A stretch of DNA of 64,000 bases from Selaginella moellendorffii (Eukaryota; Plantae; Lycopodiophyta). This document shows positions 1-16,051 of the stretch, one piece after another. Under the pieces are notes generated by a model that was given only the letters and a program-made list of their open reading frames with translations, made no database searches and was not told where the DNA came from. Both the position numbers and the translations under genes were made by a program. The number at the start of each line of letters is the position of its first letter. The stretch's first letter is position 1. The stretch covers positions 1,859,718-1,923,717 of the forward strand of contig NW_003314286.1 in the NCBI RefSeq assembly GCF_000143415.4. Direction: 5' to 3'.

Positions 1-1492
1 CGCTTGTTCTGGAGAAGAGCCCGTTCCCGTTCTTCATGCTCGTAGCTTTCGAGGCCGGAGGCTTCATACGAGCCCTCCTCCTGCTCCTGCTCTTTCCGCT
101 CGTCTTCTTCCTCAGTCACTTCTTGTCGGCTGGATCGTCCGTGAAGCTCATGATCTTCGTCACCTTCGCTGGCCTTAAGCTTTCCGACATCGAGCTCATT
201 TCCCTGGGAGTGCTCTCCAAGTTCTACGGCGACAGGATCCGCGCCAGCAGCTACACAGTCTTCACGTCGTTTGGATTCCGCTGCATTGTCACGGAGTTGC
301 CCCGGATCATGGTGGAGCCGTTTGCAAAACGCTACCTTGGAGCGGACATGATAGTAGGAACCGGAATCACGAGCTTCAGAGGCAGAGCTACGGGGCTTTG
401 CGACTCGCATGGCGTCCTGGTCGGCGAAAAGAAGCTGGATGGCTTGACGAGAGCGCTCAAGGATATGGCTACTCCCAATGTAGGACTCGGCGATTCTCCT
501 GCTGACTATCCCTTCATGGGCTTTTGCGAGGTGAGTAGTTTTTCTTCCTCCCAAAGATCTGGAAAAGTCTCCTTCCTTGCTGTGCTGTTTGCTGCCAGGA
601 ATCGTATCTAGTGCCGCTGGAAAACTCCACTGCTCTCCCACAGGACAAGCTCGCGTCACCAGTCATCTTCCACGACGGCCGGCTCGTCAAGCTTCCAACT
701 CCGATCAACATGCTCCTCACATTCCTGTGGTTACCGATCGGATTCCCGCTGGCGCTCATCCGGATGGCCGCCGGATCACTGCTCCCAATGCACGCCGTCT
801 ACCACGCATTCCTCCTGCTGGGCGTCCGCATCATCATCAGAGGCAAAATCCCATCCTCCAGAAAGTCCGCGATCGATCAGCAGCCCGGTGATCACGGCGT
901 GATGTTTGTCTGCACTCACCGATCACTGCTCGACCCGATCTTCCTGTCCGCCGCGCTGGGCCGCCCAGTCACCGCCGTCACATACTCCATCTCCCGCCTC
1001 TCGGAGCTCCTGAGCCCTATCCCGACCGCGCGGCTGACCCGGGATCGAACCCGCGACGCGGCCAACATCCGCGAGCTGCTTCGAACCGGCGACCTGGCCG
1101 TGTGCCCAGAGGGCACCACGTGTCGCACGCCCTACCTCCTACGATTCAGCGCCCTGTTTGCCGAGCTGACGGACAGGATCGTCCCGGTGGCCATGGAGGC
1201 GGGAGTTTCGAATTTTCATGGCTCCGCCGCCAGGACCTGGAAGGGCGCCGATCCATTCTACTTCTTCATGAATCCCTCGCCCAGCTACACGGTGACGTTC
1301 CTGGATCAGATCCCCACCGAGAAGACGTGCGCTGGGGGTGGATTCCCCGCGCACGACGTCGCGAATTACATCCAGGGATTGCTCGCGGCGGCGCTGCGAT
1401 TCCAATGCACGAGCCTGACGAGGAGAGACAAGTATCGAGCACTCACCGGCACGGATGGGATCGTCACAGCGGCGCCAAGCGCCATAGCCTAG
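1..1492 (+). CDS. GPAT: sn-2 glycerol-3-phosphate acyltransferase (GPAT4-8/RAM2-like), 5' end outside the window; intron 531-598
   Basis: [14 protein letters not shown]; HAD-like [12 protein letters not shown]; VIFHDGRLV; acyltransferase motifs HRSLLDP and [19 protein letters not shown]; a GT-AG intron joins ORFs 36-611 and 611-1492 in frame. Confidence 0.93.
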
Positions 1493-2081
1493 GGCTGAGA
1501 CCCACACAGGTCGGGGGTTCGAATCTATCTCACGCGCGCTTTCTTTTTGCGCCATGATGTAACGAAGTGGCACTTTGTGCTGTCTGGACGGATTCGAACC
1601 TGGGACCCCCGCGTGTCAGTGATAGTGATTTGACGTGGAGGGAAAGCTTTGTTTGCCAGTGAGAATAGCTATAGTGGACGATGAAGACGATGAGACACAC
1701 ACACACCGGACTGGAATGGCCATCACATCCAAGAACCCTAAAACTGGCTGACTGACTGGACTGACCATGGAAGGAGAAATTTGAGAGAGAAGGAAGGCAC
1801 GCCCAGCGCAGCGGCATTGTCTCGATCACCACCGATGTGGGTTTGTTCTGCTTTAGGTGGAAATCTTGCGAGAAATCGCTGGATTGAGAAAACTAAAATC
1901 TCACGAGTAATCAATCACAAGAAGAAAGCTTTTTGTCTAGATTCATTCGTTTCTTCGCCGATCGATCGATCTCACATCGCTAACACACTCGAAAAGAAAG
2001 AAAAGCAACACAAAGAAAGAAAACACTGGAGGCTTGTGGCGCTTGCGGCACAAAAAAACTCGAGATGCCGTCATCAATCGA

Positions 2082-2600
2082 TCAATCCGGGGGGAGCTGG
2101 ACGCATCGCGGCTTGAGAGAAATCGAAGAGACGGCGCCGCTCAGCCTCTTGCAGAATTTCCTGGCGGAATGGCGGTGATGGTGGCACTGATCGCCGTATT
2201 TGCACGAGACGAGCGACCACGCCGCGGCCTTGATCCTCTTGATGCTTCCCCGCAGTCGATCACACACGCTGAGCTTCCGGCGGAACTGGTAGCTGTGGAG
2301 ATACAACTGGCGATCGTAGAAGTAGGAGCTGCCATAGCTGCTGCGTCGCGAGCATCGGCCGAGAACATCCGCGAGCTCTCCCTCCCGATCATCATCATCA
2401 AGATCGCCGCCGCCGCCTTCCTCTTCTTCCTCCTCTTCGTCTTCGCCTCCTCCCGGATTATCATCCTGGCCCGCCGAATCGCCGCCATGGCCGCCGCCGT
2501 CGCCCGCAAATGGATTCCCCACCGCCGCCTCCCAAGATTTCGAGCTCCGCCGGCTCCTGGAGCGCCGCGGCCGCAGCGATTGATCATAGCCGGGACACAT
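2082..2600 (-). CDS. Uncharacterised 172-aa plant protein with an acidic tract and an RQLYLHSYQFRRK motif
   Basis: ATG-started single-exon ORF; the motif resembles the RQxYLRSYxF-(R/K) block I recall from small uncharacterised land-plant proteins. Confidence 0.65.
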   Translation of the reverse strand: MCPGYDQSLRPRRSRSRRSSKSWEAAVGNPFAGDGGGHGGDSAGQDDNPGGGEDEEEEEEEGGGGDLDDDDREGELADVLGRCSRRSSYGSSYFYDRQLYLHSYQFRRKLSVCDRLRGSIKRIKAAAWSLVSCKYGDQCHHHRHSARKFCKRLSGAVSSISLKPRCVQLPPD

Positions 2601-2994
2601 TGCCGCCGTCGCGCCCGCGCTTCCGGTGCCCAGACAGAAACCAAGAAAAAAGAAGAAAATCCCAGCGCCCTGGCGCGCCCTGATCAGTCCAGGAAACGGA
2701 CCGACGAAAGATTTCCGCGCGATCGATCGGCGGAGTCGGCGGTGGCAGCGGCGAGAAAAAACGCTGGTGGCGCTAGGGCGCTGCTCGTCCGAGAGGAGAT
2801 CATGCGCGGCGGTCAGCCATAGTTTCGGCTGAAAACATGTCTTGTGGTTTGGGCTTTTAAGGCCAGCCAGAACGGGTGACTTAAGTAAATGTCATTAACC
2901 GGCACTAACATGATAAAGGCGGGAGTTAGGGCAAAAGCGCATATACTTTTCTCATAGGAGAATATACTTTGGGACCAGATCGCATATACCTTCC

Positions 2995-4283
2995 TCATAG
3001 GCGAATATACTCGGGGCCAGTGCCACCTTGTGACGAATCCGGCAGGCTCGTGTAGACGCAAATCTCGTTGTTAAGCTCCCAGCCCCAGTCCGCGGTGCGC
3101 GATACCCCCATCCTTGGCCAGTGATTGATCCTCACAAAATTACTCCTGGCGATGGAGTCGTGATCTTGGTCGTGATCGCCCTCGTCTTGGATGATGCTAA
3201 AGGTGCTCTCGTGCCCGCCCCAGACTGCGTCACCCGGCCCCGCGGTCTGGGAGCCATCGCTGTGGAAGAAGCGCTGCATTGGAGCCTCGCCCCGCCGGGA
3301 GGGATCCAGCTCCAGCCAGTACTGCGGCACAGTCTATAGACGAATTCACGGAGTGAGAGGAGAGATCGTTCCAACTTCGTGAATTTCTCGCTTACGTCTT
3401 TGAAGCGATACTCCCAGCCGTGTTGGCAAAGATCTTCCAGAGTTATGGAGCACTGCATTGGCGAAGTTTTGAGATAGAACAACGAAAACTTCTGACGAAC
3501 TTGTCTTACCCGTTTCGAGTCCTTCATGGAGATCCCATAAGCGGCCACTTTGGATAAGCCGGGTAGCAGTGCCGCAGCAGGGATGTGTCTCTTCCCCTGC
3601 CATAAGCTTGCACACTACAAACATCGGAAGTCAGTCCCAAGAAACCATTTTGACAACCCGGAAAGGAAACGAAGAACAAGACCAAAAGGCCAGACAGCCA
3701 CAGTTACTTACTATTTCGCGTCGATCACGAGCAGAATAAGAGCTTGCAATCTACAAAGCCAGGCCACAGCAAAGAAAAAAAAAGAAAGAACACCACCACA
3801 GCAAGCTTGAGAAGAGAGGAAACAAAGACTCGGAGTTTTGCTTACCTTTGACACCCAAAGAGCGTCCGAGTGTGCCAGAGTTTTCCAGTCTTTGGATGTT
3901 ACTCCACATCGTGCCAAGCTGAGTGCATCAAGTCGGACCATCACCAACTGCAGGATATCGGGGCCCAAGAGCTTGAAAGGATCCTCCACAGTAGCTCTTC
4001 TCGTCGATCCGGCCTGGAAGATAATCCTTGGAGGCAAAGCTTCCGGAAGCTGGAACTTAGAGGACGAGCTTGGCCCGGCGATTGCCATGGAGTGAGCACT
4101 CGACCGGCGATAGACCGACTTGATATCGTCCCAAAAGGGGTGCTGTGCCGTGTGGTACCTCAGGCAATCCGAGAAATCCCGGGAGTGGAGCTTGCAAATC
4201 GTCTGGCGACCAATGCGAGGATGATACAAGACGCTCGTGGGGCTCGCGTATCCGCCATCGTCCTTGCTTTCCACACTCTCCAT
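2995..4283 (-). CDS. F-box protein (multi-exon)
   Basis: F-box DPFKLLGPDILQLVMVRLDALSLARCGVTSKDWK; downstream exons ITLEDLCQHGWEYRF and YWLELDP..RFFHSDGSQTAGPGDAVWGGHE..VRINHWP..WGWELNN..GGTGP match a conserved plant F-box C-terminus. Confidence 0.85.
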
Positions 4284-4801
4284 CGATCTGGAAGAATTGG
4301 ATCTAAATCTCTCCCCCCACCGCGTTCTAGGGTACAAGAATTACCTTGTTCTCAAGCCAGCCGATGGCGGCGTCAAGGAAGAAGATCGCAGCCCAGAGCT
4401 AGTGGATTGTAAGGACACACGCTCCCTGCGCTTGGCTTATAAGCGGCGCCGATTGGCCGCTCCGTGGACGAATCGGAGCCGTGGGATCGCCCAAGAACAA
4501 TCTTCTTGAATCTTGACACTTGGCCAGAGTGGAACATGGTATCGCCTGCGCTGCCGAGCGCTCATAGGCCGCGCCCATAAAAAAGTTTTGGACACCACCA
4601 CTGTCACGACAATGCTCGATCCAGCCAACGAAAATTGTCATCGATCGCGAATCTCTAGATGGCTCCAGTGATCCGCCAGGGGCCACCGATCAATAAATCG
4701 TTTTCTTATCCCATAAATCTCGGGGGTTTTATAGGTCTAGAAGACTCTAGCGCGATCGCTCTTTAGTTGCGATACATTCTATAGCATTGTCTAGGGTTGG
4801 A

Positions 4802-6443
4802 ATGGCTTGGCCGTGGCGCGCTTCCGCTCACGCTCTCCATCGCATTCTTGCTCCTCTAGAGCGATCGATCTTGCCGGCAGGAGCTGGCCTTCCCTCACGG
4901 TACTGTGATCTAAACCCTATCAATGAGGATTGAATCTCGCGTAGCGGTCAGGTTCCAGGATGCCACGGCCAGCGGCAGGCTGGATCGATTGTCCCACCGG
5001 CACTTCCATTCCGATGAAGCATCGACGGCCAGGGTCTCTCTCAAATCCAGGAAGCTGGAGGAAGTTGTCATCGCGATCGGGGGGAATATCGGCGACCGGG
5101 TCAGGAATTTCGACACGGCGCTGAGGATGATGCGAAGCTCTGGAATCCAGATCAAGAAGCACGCCTGCCTGTACGAGACAGCGCCAATGCATTTGCTGGA
5201 TCAGCCTCTCTTCCTCAACTCGGCCGTGACTGCCACAACGAGCCTGGATCCTCACGAGCTGCTGGTGGCCTTGAAGGAGATTGAGAGAAAGCTGGGGCGC
5301 AGCCAAGGTAGTGTCAAGTATGGGCCGAGGCCGATCGATCTCGACATCATTTTCTACGGGAATTTGGAGCTCAGCTCGGAGAACTTGCGAGTTCCTCATC
5401 CTATGTTCTCTGGGAGGCCTTTCGTGCTGGCTCCGCTCCTCGATCTTCTTGGTCCGGAAGTGGAGGATAGCAGGCATTGGTCTTTGGTCCATCAAGTTCG
5501 GAGACACTGGAACGATATAGGTGGCGAAGGATGCGTCAAGAGAGAAGGGATGAAGAAGGTGCTTCCTGTGGGTGGAAAGCTTCTTGACTGGCAGGAGAGG
5601 ACTTACGTGATGGGGGTTCTTAACGTCACTCCGGACAGCTTTAGCGATGGTGGCAAGTTCTTCACAGCTGACAAAGCAGTGAAGCAAGTCCAGGAAATGA
5701 TCGAACAAGGAGCCGACTTCATAGATGTTGGAGCGCAATCGACAAGGCCAAATGCCGAGCGTCTTACCACTGAGGAGGAGCTTCGACGGATCGTGCCAGT
5801 GCTAGAGGGTCTGAAGAGCACACCGGACAGATCCAGGGTCGTGCTCTCGGTGGATACCTTCGACTCCAACGTTGCAAGAGCAGCTGTAGAGCTGGGTGCT
5901 GATCTGATAAACGATGTCTCGGGTGGCAGCTTGGATCCGAAGATGCTGGGGACAGTAGCCGAGCTGGGGGTTCCTTGTGTGCTAATGCATATGAGGGGCG
6001 ATCCATGCACGATGCTGAGTGAAGCCAACACAAGTTACAGCGATCTACCACGAGACGTGGCCAGGGAACTCGCTGCGAGCATCGAACAAGCCGAGGTTGC
6101 TGGAGTTCCGGCATGGAAGATTATAGCTGACCCGGGGTTTGGATTCTCGAAGACCGCCGATCAGAACGTGGAGCTGCTGGCGAGGCTTGATACGTTCAGA
6201 TCCGGGCTGACGCAGGCGAGATTTGGGGTTGGAAGTATCCCGGTTCTGGCAGGGATCTCGAGGAAAGCTTTTCTTGGTCAGATCGTTGGCTGCTCCAGGG
6301 CCGAAGACCGGGACAATGCCACGATCGCTGCTGCTACAACAGCGATTTTAAAGGGTGCGAATGTTATAAGAGCCCACAACGTGAAAGCTGTTCGAGATGG
6401 CGCTATGGTGGCTGACTCGATCCGCAAAGTCCTGGCAAGTTAA
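4802..6443 (+). CDS. HPPK-DHPS: Bifunctional HPPK-dihydropteroate synthase (folate synthesis), probably with a transit-peptide exon 4802-4899 and intron 4900-4951
   Basis: HPPK: IAIGGNIGDR, YETAP, FLNSAV, YGPRPIDLDI; DHPS: MGVLNVTPDSFSDGG, GAQSTRP, SVDTF, NDVSGG, DPGFGFSK, SRKAF, IRAHNV. Confidence 0.96.
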
Positions 6444-6967
6444 TCAAGTAAGCTCTTTTATATTTTTCTTTTGTACTAGTTTTGTTCTTGATGTTGACGT
6501 GTTTGAAGGGGCTGATTGGAGAAAAGATTCGAGTGCAAGGATGATGCAAATGATTCTTTCTAGGTGAACCAGTTATCTCTGAAATCTCAAATTTTTGCTA
6601 AGTATTGTGTGTTCCAGCTGTTTGCAATATTTCAAGGCGGTGGCTTATGCAGTGAGAAATTATATTTATTTTAAATTAAAATTTTTTGATTTTCGAGCGA
6701 ATGTTTTGGCAGGAGCAGCACCTGTAACATGGGAGAACAAAGTTAACATATAAAGTTAATAGTACAGTGTAATCGTATAATTATATATGTAAGTGATCTG
6801 AACCGTCCATAAAAATTTATGCGATGTTAAGAGAGTATCTAATGTGTGGGGATTCCCTGGTGCAGATTCTGGACGGTGTAGGCGAGGAGGAGAAGAGGGG
6901 AAAAGGGGAAGGAGAGCAATCTTTGCTTTGCTGAATTAAGAGGCACGGGTATGAAGTTCCTGCTCTA

Positions 6968-7141
6968 ATGGAGTATTCCGGGTTAGTTCTAGATGAGGAG
7001 GACCCTCTTTACTCATGGCTAGAAGGTGGGGTGGATTTTGGAGCAGCCCACTCAGCTCTCTTTCAGAGCTATGGATTTGATCAGCCACAGGGTTTAAGGC
7101 CAGTTGCTCAGCAGCAGCAACAGCAGTATCAGCAGCAGCAT

Positions 7142-7177
<36 letters not shown>

Positions 7178-9361
7178 TTGTCTCTCGAGAAGCAAGACCA
7201 GATCCCGAGTTTGCTGTATGGGCTTCCGAATTTTGTCTCACAGCCGGATCAAGTTCACAGCAGTGTCAGTGACCTCCAGAAGAATTTAATCTGGGCTTTA
7301 CAACACATGAACTTGTCCACGAGTGGACAAGTTCTGATCCAGGTCTGGATGCCTTACAGGGAATCCAACACGGTGTTTCTAACCACCAAGGATCAGCCGT
7401 ACGTGATGAGCAAGAGCTTTGACAAGTTCGTAAGGTACAGGAGCGCATCGGTGAAGTTCATTTTCCCCGTGAGGGATGGATTACAGGCATACCCAGGGCT
7501 TCCAGGGCGTGTTTTCATGAGCCAGGCGGCCGAGTGGACGCCCAATGTCCGGTTCTACAGCTGCCGTGAGTTCTTACGAGTCAAGGAGGCCGTTAACTGC
7601 GATGTCAAAGGTACTCTTGCATTGCCTGTGATGGAGGTCGGCTCTCGAGCCTGTGTGGCGGTTCTTGAAGTTGTTACGAGCATAGAGAAAGTTCAGTATG
7701 GGCCAGAAATCGACGACATCTCCAATGCTCTCCGGGTAAGCACCTCTCTCCTTTTTATTTTTTTCTCCAAAATCTTTTTTTTTTTTTCTGAGCTCAGCTT
7801 TGTTTTCTTGTATATGTAGGCTGTCAGCTTGGCCACCGTCTCAAGTGCTGCTCCTATATCGGAGGTTTGTTTTTTCTTTACTGTGTTCCGTCACGTTTCT
7901 TAGTCACAGTCGATTGTAGATACGTGAGAATCGGCAATCCGCGTGGCTTGAAATCAACGAGGTGCTGATGACGGTGTGCAGGACTCATACCTTGCCACTA
8001 GCACAGGTGTGGATTCCAGTTTCGAGCAACGGTGTGGTGAAGTTGGTGACAAAAGGCGCTCCTTTCTACGGAGATAGCGGTTTCCGAAAGCCGTGCGCGG
8101 AGCATGTACTGCTCAAGGGACAGGGGCTTCCCGGCAAAGCGCTTCTTTCGATCCAGCCTGTTTTCAAAGAGGACGTCAGGAAATATAGCAAGGACGAGTA
8201 TCCGCTGGGACACTATGCGCGGCTGTTCAATCTTGTGGCAGCCGTAGCAGTGAGATTCCGTAGCAATCTCACCGGTGGAGATGACTACATCTTTGAGTTC
8301 TTCTTGCCGTTGAGCTGCAACTCAGGCACCCAGCAGCAGGACTTGCTGGACTCGATGTCGAAAAGTCTCCAACGAGTTTCGAAAAGCTTGCGGACCGTCA
8401 CACGTCAAGAGCTAGCATTAGAAGCACCTGGTGCGTTTTCCGGATCGCAGCAGCAGCAGCAGCAAGTTTTGAAGGCCGAGCTTCCAAAGCGGACGTACGA
8501 ATCTTCTGAAGTGGAGTCCGAGATTGTAGAGGAGAGCAGTGTAACCTCGAGCAGCGTCACTGTTCGGAAAAAGGCCAAGCGTGGTGCGGCTGAGAAGATG
8601 GTGTCATTAAATGTTCTCCAGCAGTATTTCTCGGGGAGGTTGAAAGACGCAGCCAAGAGCATTGGAGGTACGCGCTTCGTTCGTCTTGGCTGTTTTTTCT
8701 TTTCTGAACTGCATTTGTTTGTTCGACAGTTTGTCCTACGACGCTGAAAAAGATCTGCAGACAACACGGGATTGATCGCTGGCCGTCACGCAAGCTCAAG
8801 AAGATTGATCGGCAAGTTAAGAAGATCCAAAACATGCTGAGCTCGGTACAAGGCTTGTCACCCGGCTCTACAGTGGTCAGCGTTGGAGGAGTGTCGTTCG
8901 GCGACGTGACTTCGTCAAGAAGTGGTGGTATAGCAGCAGCAGCATTAGCAACGACAGCAGATTATCAAAAGCAGGCACACACCAAAAGCACAATCGAGCA
9001 CGAAGTATCGTCATCGTCTCAGCTGCACAGGGACAAGTCGAGTTCTTCGCTGTCGAGCAACGATCACAGCCCGGCGGAGCTGGAGAGGACTCCAACTCGG
9101 GACGACTCCTCGCTCTTCACCGTCAAGGTGAGGCACGGAAGCGACACCGTGAGATTCAAGCTCCCGGTCGACCAGGCCGGAATCGGCGAGTTCCGCGAAG
9201 AGATCGCGACGAGGATGAATCTCCAAGGCCGGGAGTTTGGCCTCAAGTACATGGACGAGGACGGAGAGTGGATCCGGCTGGAAAACGAAGAAGAGTTTAG
9301 CGAGTGTATGGGTGTGGTCCGGCACTCGGGTGGAAAGATGAAAGTCCTCCTAGTGTTATAG
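6968..9361 (+). CDS. NLP: NIN-like protein (GAF-like N-terminus, RWP-RK, PB1), about 4 exons
   Basis: LIQVWMP, GLPGRVF..EWTPNVRFYS; LPLAQVW; spliced LKDAAKSIG|VCPTTLKKICRQHGIDRWPSRKLKK; PB1 VKVRHGSDTVRFKL..LKYMDEDGEWI. Confidence 0.95.
7108..7177 (+). repeat. (CAG)n polyglutamine tract in NLP exon 1
   Basis: Interrupted CAG run encoding about 21 Gln. Confidence 0.9.
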
Positions 9362-10054
9362 CAGTAGATCTCTGATTACGTTATCGCCACCCAGAGAAAG
9401 GAAAATCTATCATATAGTTTCCAGCTTTGTGGGAATTTTCTGACTGGAGAATATTTGCTATGATCGATATTGACTTTTCCATGGTATGTACTTTTATGCT
9501 GAAAGTGATTAGAAGTTCGAGACTGTCCACGCGTTGTCCAAGAGCGCGTACGGTAATGGGTCCGCCGCACGCCACCCATGCCGTACGTAGCTCCAAAGTT
9601 ACAGCAAAATGTGAGTTGTTAGCGCGATTAATATGATGAAAAGCACGTAGTTGCCAATGTTGTTTGCTTGCCAACTACCGTCGTGTGATACATCTCTGTC
9701 GTGACAGCCGTTGATGCGCTCGGGTGGTTAGATCGGGCGGTCCGCCTTGGGCGCGCTGCCGGCCGTTGGATTGGCGTCCCGGGCGGGCGGGTAAAATGGG
9801 CCAAGCTCCTTCTCGGCAGCTTCACTTTGTGGAGCCCTAATCAAAGCTTCCTTCGTCTCTCCAATATGGCGTGCTTGAAGCTTCTCCACCGCTAGGGTTC
9901 TTGCGTCGCGGCAAAGAATCACCGATCCGGCTGCTACGCGGAAGCGAGGAGATTTTGACGCGGGATCGAGCGGAGTTGCACTCCAGTAGGTTCTTTCGAT
10001 CTCTTGGATGATCTTTGTGAGGCGCTGCTCGTCTGATTGATCTCTCCAAGAACC

Positions 10055-13632
<3,578 letters not shown>

Positions 13633-13808
13633 GCTTGAGCTTCCTTTCGGGTGGCTGGACTGACCACCTCTTGTATACTCACTCCTCTACAGGCTTTGTC
13701 GATTGGAGAGAAGAATTCTTTTTTCAGTTTTCCTTCCAGCTTGAATCTATCGCTCTCTCAGGTGTGCTATATATTCACAAGTCTGATAGTTCCATAAGAC
13801 AGTACCTT

Positions 13809-15747
13809 TCAGCTCGTATCTCCATCGGCTTCCACGTCCTGTGGGATGAGCTGCTGCTGGTTGAGCTTGAGATCCAGGCGGAGGAAGACGAGGCCATTAA
13901 TGGTGAGGTTCCAGCGAGGGAAGCTATATCCCCGCTCGACGTACCACCCCGAGAAGAGGTCCGTGAAGGTGACGCAGTTCCCAGGCGCGTTCCCGGCTTG
14001 GATCTCCAGCGTCCCAGAGGCCTTGGTGTCGTAGCCTTGGGAGTAGTCCCGCTTCATGGCTATGGTATAGTCGAGCGAGTGGAGCGTCGTTGCCTCAACG
14101 TCTGGTGCCGGAGTTTCTGACGATGGATGGAGCGCCAACTTTATGCTGCAGCTGCGCTGGTGGTTGAACGCCGTCCGGATCTGTGCCTCGAGGCTGAAAG
14201 TGTAGCGGTCGAGGAAGAACGGCTTGGAGTGGAAGCTCTCGCCAGTGCAAATCACCATCTCCAGCGGGAACTCGAAGTAGACCTGGCAGCTCACCGCGGT
14301 CTCCTTGGAGACAAAGGTCTTGGAGCTCCCCCAGAAGTTTTCGAAGATGGCGTTGTTCCGGGGGCGGTATCTGTTGTGGTTGGTCTTCTTCCAGATGATC
14401 TCCTGCTGCCTCGGATGCGTCAAGCTCTTGAACTTGAGCGCCTCCATGATCAGTCCCTGGCCAGTGCTGCTTTGCATCTCGGGGCACACCGCCACAACGT
14501 CGACGAGGAAGTCTCCAGTCATCCAGGGGAACCGGATCACTCCTCCAATCTGCTCGGCGGCGTGGAGCTTGTCGTCAAGGCTCCGGAAGTTTGCCTCGAG
14601 CCACTCGAGAAGGAAGTGGAACACCTCTTCCTCGTACGAGACGGCGAGAGTGTCGCTGTCGAGGACGATCTTCACTCCCTCCATGTTGAGCGCGAAGAAC
14701 TGGGACTTTTTGGCGGGGATGCTCTGGAACTGCTGCGCGAGGTAGCCGCGGCACTGCTCCACGACCGGGTGGAGGGCCTTGTCCGACTTGAGCGACTCGG
14801 GGAGGCCGAGGATAAGGAGGCAGTCGCTTAAGCTGCTGGGGAACTTGTTGAGCACGTCGGCCAGTGGTTTCATGCATGACGAGATTGCGAAGCGGTCGGC
14901 GAGAGTGAGGAGGATGATTGTGCTGTCCGCGTCCGGAGGCTCCATCAAGCGTCCCGTGTACATGTACTGGATGAGATGGAGCAGTCCTCGACGCTCTGCG
15001 AGGAAAAGAAGAAATAGTTAGTAGACACTAGCTAGCTCGCCATAGCTAACTGATATTACTTTGCTATCGAAGTAGCAAGAACGTCGCTGTCTATTCAAAG
15101 AGCTTCTTTTGTTTTCATCTCGAGTTTCTATCCGAGAAAGGATCATTCAGAGAAGAAAAAGAATAATTTTGCAAGGAAAGAAAACCTTAACGACGAGAAG
15201 AAATCAAGCTTTCCACCAAGAACACAACGAACAAGTGAAAAGAACGGGGAAATCACGAGCACCACAAGGATGTCTTTTGTTTTCATCTCGAGTTTCTATG
15301 CCAAGCGAAAAAGATTTGCAGGGAACGAGAACCTTAAGAAGATCAAGTTTTCCAAGTAAACAAGAAGAAAAAGAAGGAACATTGCGAGCACCAAGGAGAG
15401 GAAAGGAAATAAAAAAAGTGAGAGCTGAGTACCTTCTTCCGTGACCTTGACAGTAGCAACCCCAGTGCTGGATTCGCTCATCCCATTGGAGTAGAGCTTC
15501 ATAAAATAATCCGAGTGCGCAGCTAGCAGCATGGAGCTCACATGTAACTTCTCCACTACTCTGCCGCAGCTCCCTTCCACCATAGCCTGTGAGGAACAAA
15601 GCAAGAAAGAGGGCAAAATCGATCCAATCCAACTCCAATCCCGCTTCTTACCTGCGCCTCATCGGTCGGCGATGGCACCACCTCCAGATGAAGAACCCTG
15701 TCCGCGAACAATGCATTGTTGTAGGCAAAATCGAAGCGCACCATCAT
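13809..15747 (-). CDS. BTB/POZ-BACK protein (POB1/LRB-like), 3 exons
   Basis: FDFAYNNALFADRVLHLEV; LHVSSMLLAAHSDYFMKLYSNGMSES; YMYTG..LADRFAISSC; BACK region EEEVFHFLLEW..IRFPWMT. Confidence 0.88.
15105..15415. repeat. Diverged tandem duplication (about 170 and 140 bp) inside the BTB gene intron
   Basis: CTTTTGTTTTCATCTCGAGTTTCTAT at about 15106 and 15274, each followed by colinear AACCTTAA..ATCAAG..GAGCACCA. Confidence 0.75.
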
Positions 15748-16051
15748 CGCCTCGCGCGATCGCTCGCCCCGCTGCCCCTGCCCTAAAAATCTCCACTGGT
15801 TGACGTGGTCACTGGATCTTCTCCACGTGGCAAACCGCTAGTTATTTGAAAAGAAGGGCTCTCGATTGATTTTGAGCTACCTAGAAGATGGAAGCGCCGA
15901 TCATAGAATAGAAAAAAAAAGAAGGACCGTGATCGCGAATCTCTGCCAGCGCGATCGCATCGGTTGCCCCTTGCTCCGGCTAAGTTGCGCGAGGCTGTTC
16001 CAAGCACAAATCCCAATCTTAGAGCAAAGAATTCCAATCATCAATAGGAGC

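Noticed and set aside
1495-1625. Two opposed GGTTCGAATC T-loop/B-box motifs suggesting tRNA genes
   Set aside because: T-stems do not pair and no D-arm, A-box or acceptor stem can be built; at most relics
2034-2822. 262-aa plus-strand ORF and similar long antisense ORFs (for example 4920-5738, 14127-14831, 16194-17465, 48725-49551)
   Set aside because: Shadow ORFs of GC-rich real genes; no recognisable motifs
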